Shown: positions 11,841 to 25,498 of the stretch, piece after piece | Numbering within the stretch: position 1 is the first letter of the stretch | How the letters are laid out: each line of letters starts with the position of its first letter | NCBI GenBank assembly: GCA_964016885.1 | Contig: OZ024740.1 | Coordinates: 373,488,001-373,552,000 of the forward strand | Direction: 5' to 3' | From: Eledone cirrhosa | Lineage: Eukaryota | Length of the DNA stretch: 64,000 nt | Notes under the pieces: model-generated | What the model saw: the letters and a program-made list of their open reading frames with translations, nothing else | Databases searched by the model: none | Told to the model about the DNA's origin: nothing | Program-made: the position numbers and the translations under genes

Positions 11841-14212
11841 ATTAATTTCTAGTTATCAATTTAACCATACGTTTCCCCAGTAGTTGAAAAACACATTTTG
11901 ATATTTCCTGTTTTCTTCGTTTATCTTCTACCCTGCATCACACAAATATACCGGTCATCGCTATGCTGTGCAACCCGGCATTGCAAGTGCAATACCTCTT
12001 TAATGAGTGAAACTGAACTGCCAGTAACGTGGACCACATGGGAATTATACATACATCTCTATTTGTAATGTGTATATATTTATGTTTATATATATTTCTG
12101 TGGGAGAAAGAGAGAGAAAGAGGGGGATAGGGAGAGAGAGAGAAAGAGAGAGGGAGAGAGATAGAGAGAGAGAGAGAGAGAGAACGTGAGAGAGAAGGAT
12201 AGAGAGAGAATAATTATTGGTAACCGTTATGATCGCTTAAATAAAAGCGGTGACCAGCAGGACCAGAATCCAATGATTAAAACCAGTAAATACCATTACA
12301 TTTTTCCACTTTCGATGGTCATTCAAACTTTGTTGTATAGATGTTTTTTTTAGATTCTTTTACATATGTATACATTCAGACTGAGTGGAGGGAAAGGTAA
12401 ACGTATACTTTCGTTTTCTTTTTATAAGAACCCATTTCGAATTTGTTTTGTATTTCGGTATCGTCGGCTTTAGTGTGAGTTCAGAGTATCACGTTTTATA
12501 GTAGAAGGGATTAAATTAGACGGAGCATAAATAAATGTGATATATGCAAACAGCATCTACTTCATACATGAAAATACATTTTCAGAAAAGTCTAATCTTA
12601 CACTCACTATATGTAACTTTTTTTAGCTTTATATCCTAACATGATCATATTTGTTAAAGGAACTTCCTGTTCGATTACACATTGGTATATCAAAGCATGT
12701 ACTTCAAAAGCCCCAGTGGCCAAACAAACAACACAAATACATAGAAGTATTTTATTTCATTCAATTCTCTCGTGAAACTTGCATTATATATACAATAAAG
12801 CTTATATTCTTCTATGTGACAGTTTCGCGTGATATTTCACTCTCTCAATAGATATCAAGCATCGATATATTTACTAGAAGTCAATGAATATATGCAGGCA
12901 TACAAACTGATATACACACACATACATACACATTTATACCTGTATCATATCGAAAACATGACTTTGCTGTAGTCTATTGGTTTTATTTAAGGAGTTTTCA
13001 TTTCTTAAAATGTTATGCTTAGTTTTGAAAGTAAAGCTTTCCTAAATCCACTTGTATTAACATTACAAATCCTTCACAGCCCAATGTTCAGAATCAGAAT
13101 GGTTATATTATCTTGGTATCTGTCACGCAACTCTCTTATGAACTTTTATGAAAACAGAGATATAATTAGAAAAGAATCTGAAGAATATATTTTACAATTA
13201 TATAGTATTTCCTCTGTAAAGGATTGCAGAGAACTCATAATTAAACATTCGGGATATTTTAAGGATTGTTTCAGCTTAAATGTTTACATGGTTATAAAGA
13301 TACTGGGAATAGGACATATCATAGAGCCGAAGTGATGTATTCACACAGAGAGTTTCAATGAGATTTCCTCACAGATAGTGATATGTGTATGAATGATTGT
13401 AAATGTTTCGTATATGACAAATGGTGTAATAAATAAATTAAATGAAGGCTGTATCGTAGCCACAGATCATTTGACGTCATATACTTTTAATGTATTGAAC
13501 TATGGAACCATTTTTGGCATCGATTAAACACTCCGCAACATTCTGTGTTTCTTTTTACTTCCGCATTTATCTCCTATCTTGATGCCTCACTCTTTCTATT
13601 ACCGTGACACCCAGATCATATGGGGTGCCATCCAGGGCAACGTGGCCTCGGGCAGGCTAGAGTACCAGGTTGACCACGCCCTTCATGACTATATATATAT
13701 AGTCAGCAAGGAATCTCAATTTAATAACAAATACGGACCCCGTCTAAACACTTCTCCCTAAGACGATCCCACAACATACACACGTCAACATACAACCTAC
13801 ATCAGCATACATCCTACATACATCTCTATCCACATATAAACACAATAACATACGTAAACAAACATGTTCTATGGTGCAACACAAATATACTCAAATTTGC
13901 ATACCTTTTGATGTCTATAGATATAAACGTGCCGATACAAACACATACATATACGCACACATGCATTGCACACTGATGGGCACATACATATTTGTACACA
14001 AGTATTCCAATACGCAAGGCCTAATGGATTCCCCTTGCAGTACGTACAATCTGGACACTCACACTCACCTTGGTGCTATGAGAATGATATATATCATTTC
14101 ACCCCTTTTATTATTAATGTTTTTGATGTTCTCTTGAGAGAAGCTTTTTTGCTGAAAATATCGAATAGTGTACATCATTTTTACCAGTATCACAAACATA
14201 CTGGTCCACCCA

Positions 14213-14254
<42 letters not shown>

Positions 14255-15008
14255 TACCCACATATATACATACACACACACATATATACACACACACGCA
14301 TACATTCGCGTACACTAACATACAAAGAGACATATACACACACACACAAACACACACTTCTCCGTATAAGATAAGAGCTGAAAACTATATTTCAACATGT
14401 TAAAATATTAAAAAATCCTCCACACACGTACAGACACATTCCTACTGACCGATCCCTCTACCACGAATTACTCTGCTACACCCCCCCCCCCCCCCCCCAC
14501 CCACCCCACACACACACACACACACACACATATTTGTCTTAACATACTATTTTTCAGTGACTTCTCAATTAAGCATATCAATTTGTCCCCTTATGTTTAC
14601 TGAGGAGAGCAGGACATGATATAGCCTCTTGGCAATACAGTTCGTCTTTGTTGATTTATTATTTTATATCGATATGGACAAACTGTAGTATAATAATTAG
14701 TATACTTCAATCTGGCTAAATTTTTATTTTGCAATATATATACAGATGTGTTGGTATCTGTGTTTCATCACATACATATTAGTTTATACACGGCTCAGTG
14801 GGTATTTTCCTCCTTCGAGCTAATTCTATTGTAAAAGAATTCATTACCTTATTAATTTAACTGCTCCTAGTTTGAGCTGCAAGCCGCCTCATATATACGA
14901 CTGTTATTTCTAGCAGTACGGTTATGAGACTAGCTAGATACTGTAAAACCATGTGCGTCACGCAGTCTTTTAAATTATTTAGAAGTGAAGCATATCAATT
15001 TGTCCCTG

Positions 15009-15136
15009 GATGTTTACCGAGGAGAGCAGCACATGATATTCCTACACTTATTTAACTCGAAACATATTTGGATTTTAAAGTTTAAACTTATCTACGGAAC
15101 AGGTTTGATTTTGAAATTTAAATGTGTCTAAACATC
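15009..15136 (+). ncRNA. Type I hammerhead, array unit 2 (core variant CCGAGGA)
   Basis: Same fold as 15525-15652 with U4 changed to C. Confidence 0.7.
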
Positions 15137-15524
15137 ATAGCCTCTTGGCAATACAGTTCGTCTTTGTTGATTTATTCTTTTAAATCGATATGGACAAACT
15201 GTAGTATAATAATTAGTATACTTCAATCTGGATAAATTTTTATTTTGCAATATATGTACAGATGTGTTGGTATCTGTGTTTCATCACATACATATTAGTT
15301 TATACACGGCTCAGTGGGTATTTTCCCCCTTCGAGCTAATTCCATTGTAAAATAATTCATTACCTTATTAATTTAACTGCTCCTAGTTTGAGCTGCAAGC
15401 CGCCTCATATATACGACTGTTATTTCTAGCAGTACGGTTATGAGACTAGCTAGATACTGTAAAACCATGTGCGTCACGCAGTCTTTTAAATTATTTAGAA
15501 GTGAAGCATATCAATTTGACCCTG

Positions 15525-15652
15525 GATGTTTACTGAGGAGAGCAGGACATGATATTCCTACACTTATTTAACTCGAAACATATTTGGATTTTAAAGTTTA
15601 AACTTATCTACGGAACAGGTTTGATTTTGAAATTTAAATGTGTCTAAACATC
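15525..15652 (+). ncRNA. Type I hammerhead ribozyme, array unit 3 (intact core)
   Basis: GATGTTTA-CTGAGGA-GAG..CTC-GAAA-CATATTT..AAATGTG-TC-TAAACATC; perfect 8-bp stem I, ~26-bp stem III rich in G-U pairs, GUC triplet (predicted cut after 15644). Confidence 0.9.
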
Positions 15653-16040
15653 ATAGCCTCTTGGCAATACAGTTCGTCATTGTTGATTTATTATTTTATA
15701 TCGATATGGACAAACTGTAGTATAATAATTAGTATACTTCAATCTGGCTAAATGTGTCTTTTGCAATATATATACAGATGTGTTGGTATCTGTGTTTCAT
15801 CACATACATATTAGCTTATACACGGCTCAGTGGGTATTTTCCTTCTTCGAGCTAATTCCATTGTAAAAGAATTCATTACCTTATTAATTTAACTGCTCCT
15901 AGTTTGAGCTGCAAGCCGACTTATATATACGACTGTTATTTCTAGCAGTACGGTTATGAGACTAGCTAGATACTGTAAAACCATGTGCGTCACGCAGTCT
16001 TTTAAATTATTTAGAAGTGAAGCATATCAATTTGTCCCTG

Positions 16041-16168
16041 GATGTTTACTGGGGAGAGCAGGACATGATATTCCTACACTTATTTAACTCGAAACATATT
16101 TGGATTTTAAAGTTTAAACTTATCTACGGAACAGGTTTGATTTTGAAATTTAAATGTGTCTAAACATC
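16041..16168 (+). ncRNA. Type I hammerhead, array unit 4 (core variant CTGGGGA, probably impaired)
   Basis: Same fold with conserved A6 changed to G. Confidence 0.7.
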
Positions 16169-16556
16169 ATAGCCTCTTGGCAATACAGTTCGTCTTTGTT
16201 GATTTATTATTTTATATCGATATGGACAAACTGTAGTATAATAATTAGTATACTTCAATCTGGCTAAATTTTTATTTTGCAATATATATACAGATGTGTT
16301 GGTATCTGTGTTTCATCACATACATATTAGTTTATACACGGCTCAGTGGGTATTTTCCTCCTTCGAGCTAATTCTATTGTAAAAGAATTCATTACCTTAT
16401 TAATTTAACTGCTCCTAGTTTGAGCTGCAAGCCGCCTCATATATACGACTGTTATTTCTAGCAGTACGGTTATGAGACTAGCTAGATACTGTAAAACCAT
16501 GTGCGTCACGCAGTCTTTTAAATTATTTAGAAGTGAAGCATATCAATTTGTCCCTG

Positions 16557-16684
16557 GATGTTTACTGAGGAGAGCAGGACATGATATTCCTACACTTATT
16601 TAACTCGAAACATATTTGGATTTTAAAGTTTAAACTTATCTACGGAACAGGTTTGATTTTGAAATTTAAATGTGTCTAAACATC
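16557..16684 (+). ncRNA. Type I hammerhead ribozyme, array unit 5 (intact core)
   Basis: CTGAGGA at 16565, with GAAA, GTC triplet and all stems intact. Confidence 0.9.
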
Positions 16685-17072
16685 ATAGCCTCTTGGCAAT
16701 ACAGTTCGTCTTTGTTGATTTATTATTTTAAATCAATATGGACAAACTGTAGTATAATAATTAGTATACTTCAATCCGGCTAAATTTTTCTTTTGCAATA
16801 TATATACAGATGTGTTCGTATCTGTGTTTCATCACATACATATTAGTTTATACACGGCTCAGTGGGTATTTTCCTCCTTCGAGCTAATTCCATTGTAAAA
16901 GAATTCATTACCTTATTAATTTAACTGCTCCTAGTTTGAGCTGCAAGCCGCCTCATATATACGACTTTTATTTCTAGCAGTACGGTTATGAGACTAGCTA
17001 GATACTGTAAAACCATGTGCGTCACGCAGTCTTTTAAATTATTTAGAAGTGAAGCATATCAATTTGTCCCTG

Positions 17073-17200
17073 GATTTTTACTGACGAGGGCAGGATATGA
17101 TATTCCTACACTTATTTAACTCGAAACATATTTGGATTTTAAAGTTTAAACTTATCTACGGAACAGGTTTGATTTTGAAATTTAAATGTGTCTAAACATC
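17073..17200 (+). ncRNA. Type I hammerhead ribozyme, array unit 6 (core CTGACGA)
   Basis: Only the free N7 core position differs; stem II GGG/CTC uses a G-U pair; one mismatch in stem I. Confidence 0.8.
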
Positions 17201-17359
17201 ATAGCCTCTTGGCAATACAGTTCGTCCTTGTTGATTTATTATTTGAAATCGATATGGACGAGCTGTAGTATAATAATTAGTATACTTCTATCTGGCTAAA
17301 TTTTTCTTTTGCAATATATATACAGATGTGTTGGTATCTGTGTTTAATCACATACATAT

Positions 17360-17427
<68 letters not shown>

Positions 17428-17684
17428 AGACACACACATATATATGAATATCGATATAAGTTATTGTCTAACAAATTAAGACAACTAGACTTAGAATATT
17501 CGAGACAAGTACCAATTAGTTTCTCATGGGCGTTTGACAACTATTACGAACAGTGATTTATTCAAGGCATGTGACTTGAAGAGTGTAAGCAATGAACTAT
17601 AAGGCTAGGAATAAATTCTTGAATTCACTATTCCGAAGCCTAAAGAGATAGGATATATACCCAAACTCATTTTGGTAATCATGA

Positions 17685-18235
17685 TCTTCTTCTTCTTCTA
17701 CTTCTTGAAGACCGAGCGGGACTCTTTGGAGACTGGAACGTCTTCAAGAGCTCACAGCCATCAGCTAATCAGCTATTACGATTGGGGGCATTCTGCCTTG
17801 GCTTTTTATAAAAGGTTAATGGAGGGTAAGTTCAATAACGTCCTTGGGGAGAATCTGTGCGTTGAAGAAAATCATCCAGCCACTCTTTTCCAGAGGACAT
17901 TCTGTCCAGGCCTCATGGTCAACTTCTAGAAGTATCTGGCCTTACAATGATACCAAGGAGATTTGTCAGTTCGACATAAACTCTACGGGAATGGAAGTGC
18001 CGTCAGTCGGGCTTGTCCGAGGTGCTCACAGGGCGTTGAAACCGTCCAGCACACACTCATCCAGTGTCAAAGTATTGCTGACTTGTGGGTTTATGTCGAG
18101 TACATGTTGTTACGTGTAGTGCCGATCTGACTATCAACTTAGTCCGGTATGAAGATCGCCGTCTTACTTTAGAGAGGAAGAACTGGCAGTATTTATCTGC
18201 CTGGTGCCCATGGTGAGAAAGGTCGTGTTGCGGAC
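17685..18235 (-). mobile_element. Degenerate RTE-like LINE 3' end
   Basis: GC-richer block ending in (GAA)n on the minus strand; only faint remnants of RTE C-terminal motifs. Confidence 0.45.
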
Positions 18236-18329
18236 GAGTTTGAAAGTGTTGAAAACAGTCATTTTCCTCTTTGATTGTGCATAATTTCATTATATCACTT
18301 AACGAAATAGTTATGGGTAGCAGTTAGAG

Positions 18330-18760
18330 CAAAAACGAGAAGTTTGGAACTTTCTCAATGTCAGAAGACTTCCAATTGTTGGCTTATTTGAATGCCAACT
18401 TCCGTTCATCCATAGTTTCTTGTCAAGTCTGCCATTCTAAATTATTGTATGTTTCCTCATTATCTTTCTCCATTCTGCATTCGTAATATGAAATGTTTCT
18501 CTTCCCCGTACAGTTTTCCAAAATTCCTCAACTTCATGAATTGAAGGAGGTTCTTTTACTTGAATTGTCTGTGTCCCAATTTCCATGTAATATCGTTTAG
18601 CATCTGGCTTAAATAGCTTATTTTGCCAGTAAAAGACATTCCGTTGATTCTTTGAGCATGGGACTTTTGATTTCTTCAAATAGGGGAAATAAAGTTCATT
18701 AAGAATTGAGTTGGCATGCATCTACAACTTGCTGAATCTGTCTTCCTTCATCAATCCCAT
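18330..18760 (-). mobile_element. R4/Dong-clade LINE fragment (region upstream of RT)
   Basis: QNKLFKPDAKRYY..PPSIHEVEEFWKTV..HITNAEW resembles the QNxLF..FY..P..FW..W..HN..AxW segment of R4/Dong ORFs. Confidence 0.7.
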
Positions 18761-19643
18761 TTCAACAATTCAGCTATTTTAAGTGGTAAACCACCTCACA
18801 CAGAGAGATGATGAAATAGAGAATCGAAGCAGAAAGACAAACCTTTATACAGCATACAACCCGGACATTATTCTCTGTAACAACTATGACAATAATTATT
18901 TTGTATTATGAAAAGAAAAGAAGTTATCTAATATCTCTTTCATTTTATTTGCCACAACTAGGGTCATAAATTTATATTAATGTAATAACAGTAAGCGTGA
19001 TTGTTTGCTGGAAAGCTTCGATTAGTGCTGCAGTCGGCTATCCGTTATTATCAGTTTTCAAACATGTCTCTTATACCAATTTGTTGTTTTCTGTATTTCT
19101 ACATTATTCATTATTTTTTGGGAACATTTGTCATGCCTGGGCCACACGTTCAATAGTGTTTCGTCATAATGAGAAGCCCTCATTTGGATTCGAATGGAAT
19201 GTGATGTGTAAACACATAAAACATTTCTACCGTACACAGACAAATTATAATGAAATTATTCTTAAACATTCCAAAGATTATTTCGTTCTATCAGAATATA
19301 ACTACCCCATGGTAACATGCATAGAGGAGCATTACTATACAAAATATCTGTTATACAGTTTATTGAAATATTTGAAATCGTCAGACTAATTTCGATAATA
19401 CAGATACGTGTGGTAACTTACAATATACTGTAGATTTATGCACGAAAACAACGTATTTTGGTAACCAATAGGTAAATATTACTGCTCTATTTAATTAGAA
19501 GCAGAAGCCGGGAAAATAAAGTATGATTAGTAATAGTAATATGAAATATCATAAATGCAAATATGTCGCAATTAACGTGCACCCACGTGAATTAAACCTC
19601 ATACATTGTGTTGGTTCAGTGGTCCCAAAACTGAGTAGATAAG

Positions 19644-19757
<114 letters not shown>

Positions 19758-20165
19758 TTTACGAAATTACTAATTTACGTGTGTGAGAGTAAATTAGAGG
19801 AAACATCACATCAATTTGTATAAGTACGTAACTGATTCATTGTTTTCGACACATGATATATTATCAGAGGCATTCTCCTTGAAACATATGGCGGAAAAGA
19901 AAAAGATTATATCTTCAATTTACATTTGTTTTGCAATTGCGTTTAGTGTGTTATGGATTTATTACGGAGTGTTTATGTAATTACGCATTCCTATTTGTTT
20001 GTCGATGTTTACACAAACATAATATTTGTTTTTCTTTACAATATGAATTTATATTTATTACAGAAATATATAATGCAAGGTCTTTATTTTTCAATAGGTA
20101 ACTGAAAAATTATTTAGCAGATATGGTAAATGATTAAATACAAACCTGTATACATGCACATACAC

Positions 20166-20321
<156 letters not shown>

Positions 20322-20405
20322 CATCTCTCATTGTCTCTTTATCTCACACTCACCCATGTATATATATCGAAATGTTTATGCGTAAATTCACATTCACCCA
20401 TACAC

Positions 20406-20547
<142 letters not shown>

Positions 20548-20641
20548 TATGTATATATATAATATATACATATGTATAATACGTACATATATATTTATAT
20601 ATATGTATATATAAAGAGAGCGAGAGAGAGATGTATACACT

Positions 20642-20725
<84 letters not shown>

Positions 20726-20735
20726 TATATGTATA

Positions 20736-21385
20736 TACTATAGAGTAAAGCATGTCACGAGAATTATTTGATAATATATATACATCATTTCTACTCCCAA
20801 TCAGCATAATTAACCACACAAAAAAATCAATTAGACCAGCCTATAAGAATAAAAGGCATCTATGAAGAAACAGTAAATAAATACGCTATCGTGGCGTCTT
20901 CGCGTGCAACCGCTATAGAATATTTACCCAACAGCACGTGGAAATTAATTAAATACACGGTCAACCGGGATTTAGTGATTTAGTCCTGGTATGTATATAA
21001 GCATTTCTAACATTAAGTTTAACTTAATTATGTATGGGTGACCGTGTATTTAATTAATTTCCACGTGCTGTTGAAATGTTGGGTAAATATTCTATAGCAG
21101 TTGCACGCGAAGACGCCATAATAGCGTATTTATTTACTGTTTCTTCATAGATGCCTTTTATTCTTATAGCCAGGTCTAATTGATTTTTTGTGTGGTTAAT
21201 TATGCTGATTGGGAGTAGAGATGACGTATATATATTATCAAATAATTCTCTGGACATGCTTTACTCTATAGTATTTCGCTCTGATTAATTTATTAATTCT
21301 CCATTGAGCCACATCGTGAAAAGTTGCAATAACACATATATACCTGTGACTTTGTTTAATTGGTATATGTGTAAATATTTATATT
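20736..21385. mobile_element. Fold-back element: ~230-bp inverted arms plus one-sided tail, between (TA)n tracts
   Basis: 20736-20963 is inverted relative to 21039-21273; the architecture matches the PLE ends, but no convincing hammerhead was seen. Confidence 0.7.
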
Positions 21386-21421
21386 TATATATGTATATAT
21401 ATATATATATAGATATATATC

Positions 21422-21454
<33 letters not shown>

Positions 21455-21590
21455 GTGTGTGTGTATATATATAGGTCTCTCTCTCTCTACACGTATGGGT
21501 ATATATACATATATATACCCATACGTGTATGGGTGAGTGTGCGATATATGGGATATATATACATTGCGATATATGGGTGAGTGTGAGATA

Positions 21591-21625
<35 letters not shown>

Positions 21626-21877
21626 TATTAGAAATTGAGGTTTTTTTTACAAAATGAAAAATAACCGTATTGTTCTATACGAGTGAAAGTATAAAGGAAA
21701 AAAGATGAAATCGAAAATACAACTGGAGTCTTATTTAAAAAAATATATATATATTTAGTTGGTTCCTTTACCGGTTTCGCAGTTCTTCTGCTTTTTATAA
21801 GTAGAGTTGAGATGGAGAGTCAGTGGTTCTTCTCACATCAGATGTATGTGTGTGTGTGTATGTGTATGTGTGTGTGT

Positions 21878-21965
<88 letters not shown>

Positions 21966-21985
21966 GTGTGTTTTGTGTATGTATA

Positions 21986-22056
<71 letters not shown>

Positions 22057-23929
22057 GGATTTGCAGACCACATTATGTTCGTTTGGCTGTGAATCAGATG
22101 AATGGAAGCTGTCACAACGACCTCCCTAAATGTTGCAAGCAAGCATTATATTCGATGAAAAGATCGGGGACAATAATGAGTTGTTTTCAGGTTTATTTAA
22201 AACGCCTTTATACGCATTTCACAATTATGATACCCTGACTCGAAAATATCGAAAACTCCTCAAATAATTTTACTATACAGAGATATGTTTTCGCCAAGGC
22301 TTGATCTCGATGTCAGAGAGCACAAAGTATAATTGAAAAGGAATGAATTTTAAACGATAGGTAATTGAACACCAAGATATATATATACGCATGACATATA
22401 TCAGAGTGAAATAAATTAAAAACCTTTGCTTGTGTGGCTACTACAGTGAACGACATTGATTCCTTTATATTATAGTGTGAGCTAGTAATCAAATTCCGAG
22501 AACTATACAGAAAGACAATTAAACTAGACATCTATGTTTTCCTTAATCGGTTCCAATTTCCAGACTGCAAAGGACACTGCAACTACTTATAAGTGGGAGA
22601 AATTTTCATGTAATGCAATTATTTTCCATTTTCATTAATTGTTATGTCTAAGAATTATGTAAATCAATTTACGTTAAACATTCAAAACTAGTATATTCGT
22701 TATATATAAATAAAAAAAAAAAGAAGAAACAAATGTTAGGTATTATATTTAAGCTAGACCATAATATAGCGTATCCCGTTGAAAATAATACATTTAAATT
22801 AGCCCAATATAATTAATCGAAATAAAACCTAAAACGGCGATCGATATAAACAAGATTATTGCTATATATAAAATAAAACCTTCAGATTAGATCTATTTAG
22901 TCCCAAAAGAAAGTTAGGAAATTAGACAAAAACACTGAATGAATTTGTATTGATCTGCCAAAGAAAATTAAACACCGAATTCATCGAGAATTTCATCAAT
23001 GGCCACAAGGAATATTTCAAATATTCTACTGCAAGTTATAAACAAACTATTAGATAAATGTGAGGTGTAGCCATACGTATACGTTGACACATATAGAGCT
23101 ATTTAAATACATAGATATACAGACATACGCATAAATACATACATATATGCCATATACATTCAGACATACAGGCATATTATCTCTCACTATGAGCTATATC
23201 GGCAACCTCGCCAATATTATTTGGTGAGAAGGGTCATTTGCACACCGTGTGGTAAGAAAGTCCCCACCCCCACCCCCGAAAAGGGAGGAGGAACTCAGGA
23301 GATTCAACGACTAGCGAATAAAACATGTACATATGTACATACTTTCATAATTTTATATATATTTTATGTGTGCGCATCGTTTTTTAAATAATTATTAAAC
23401 CATTTTTTATCTTTTGCCTTTTAACATGTATATGTGCGTGTGTATGTATTTGTTTGTGTATATGTGTGTATATGTGTTTTTATATGTATGTAAGATTTTC
23501 TTTCACTAAGTGATCGTGAAACAAGTCCTTAGAAGTTTAGGCCTTTGCAATTGATGACACGCCAATGCAACCCTCTTTGGTCAAGAAGTGGGGATAATTC
23601 TTTGCAAGCTATATATATGAAATAACTAATCCACATTACTGGAATTTGTTGTACAACAGCACATATATCAACATGTATCATCAGCATTATGGTTTGGCAG
23701 AATCCAAATTAATTTCTTAAATGTCCTGAATAGAATTATTAAAGTGAAATAATGGCTTGGAAATGATATGTGAACAGATCTAGCTCGGCAGGTATCCCAG
23801 TATGAAACAGGCTGGGCTCAGTTGTCTCCCTACTACTATGGTCAACCAAAGGCGAAACAATAAATACCTTATGAATATGCTGAAATATTCGAGTTTAAAA
23901 TATAAAAAAGGTTATACAACGACCCTAAT

Positions 23930-24200
23930 GACGGACCGCATTAATGAGTTCAATGGATATTCAATTGATATAGTGGCTCTCGCAGAAATCCATTTGCATG
24001 GTCATGCCCAGCTGAATGGAAACACATTAGACTATTCTTTCCTTTCGAAAGGAGGCGCAAAAAAAAAGACAAAGGAGTGTATCAGGGATTAGCTTGGCAG
24101 TTACGAACTCTCACATTTCATCTTTCGAACACTATCCAAGTTGTTTATTAGATCGCATCATGAATTTCATCTAAGTGTGTGACGATGGTAGCAACCTTAA
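23930..24200 (+). mobile_element. RTE-clade LINE AP-endonuclease N-terminal remnant
   Basis: EFNGYSIDIVALAEIHLHGHAQL..YSFLSKG resembles the L.RY.IDIAALSETRL.G.G.L..Y.F.WSG pattern. Confidence 0.6.
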
Positions 24201-24343
24201 CAATTCATAGCGACAGGCCTTCAAATGTTGTTCATAAACATCTCGTATATTATTCAATATGAAATGCGTACATATATACATACGTATGTGTGTGTGTGCA
24301 CAGATACATATATATATACAGAGAGAGAGAGAGAGAGAGAGGG

Positions 24344-24380
<37 letters not shown>

Positions 24381-25310
24381 CAATTATGCTTTTATGTAAA
24401 TATATTCAAAACCGTTTGCAAATATAAAATGAGTTAGAATTGTCAGAAATGCACCAAAGAGTAAAGAAAATAATGTATGTGTGGAAATCTCGATAAATAA
24501 ATAGTCAAAAAGAGTAACAAATATTGAATGAATATAACAGGAAACGCTGAATGAAGATTTCGTACGCATATAACATTCCGCACAATAGGTGTGGGGGTTT
24601 TTTTAAACGCTTCTCTTCATGTTAAGTTCTACTTGTTCGATTTTACTTTACTTTGATATTATTTAAAGTTATTCATTTCAGTATATATATATACACGCAC
24701 CCCTCATACACACTAATTAGTAAAGCTGGAATTTTTTACCGATGTACTAATTCATTTTCATATATAATGTCCTGTCTTTTATTTTATAGATTGCTTCCAT
24801 ATTAAAATATGACATCCATTAAGATGAAAATATTTACATGAAGGCACATTCGAACCCATTTGGGACACCAAATAAAAATCATTCAACCATCATGCATTAC
24901 CGAACGCACTTGAGGATACACACATTTAGTACACATACCATCACGAATAGATTTTTCAATTCACCTACCTTAAAATGTATGTATTAAAATTCCTGGTGTA
25001 TTCAAATTAGATATTTTGACATTTTTTGTTGACTCAATTTGAAAAGGCTTTAGAAAGCGCCGTGTACGAAAACATTCCTGAGTTTATTTCAGATTAGTTC
25101 ATCTTTATATATCTAAAAGCAAGGATGTGTGTGTGTCTATCTACAACTTTGGATACCTAAGGCTTTTACAATTACCAACCGAATTTGACCAAATTTTATG
25201 TGCACGTTGCACCGGTCGCTAAGGCGGTCACATCACAACCATTTTTCCAATCGACCTACGTTGAACAATAAAAAATCCATATCAAAATTATCGGTAGCAA
25301 AATTGATGTA

Positions 25311-25498
25311 AGGAAGATAACCAACTTTATTGACAATCCTTATAAAAACGGGAGATAACCACCTTTATTGACAATCCTTATAAAAAAGGGAGATAACCAA
25401 CTTTATTGACAATCCTTATAAAAAAGGGAGATAACCAACTTTATTGACAATCCTTATAAAAAAGGGAGATAAACAACTTTATTGACAATCCTTATAAA
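25311..25498 (+). repeat. 38-bp minisatellite x5 inside the Helitron
   Basis: GGGAGATAACCAACTTTATTGACAATCCTTATAAAAAA repeats with a 38-bp period. Confidence 0.95.

Larger units (their letters stand above)
14571..17368 (+). repeat. Tandem array of 516-bp units (~5.6 copies) carrying hammerhead ribozymes; retrozyme-like
   Basis: CATATCAATT recurs at 14574, 14991, 15507, 16023, 16539 and 17055 (period 516; first unit is 99 bp shorter); units nearly identical; array runs into (TA)n. Confidence 0.95.

Noticed and set aside
21765-21805. Minus-strand GCAGAAGAACTGC-GAAA-CCGG-TA, a hammerhead-like 3' half
   Set aside because: The CTGANGA core and stem I are absent; at best a decayed remnant.
25311-25498. 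38-bp repeats resembling a CRISPR array
   Set aside because: No spacers, eukaryotic context, and located inside a Helitron; it is a minisatellite.
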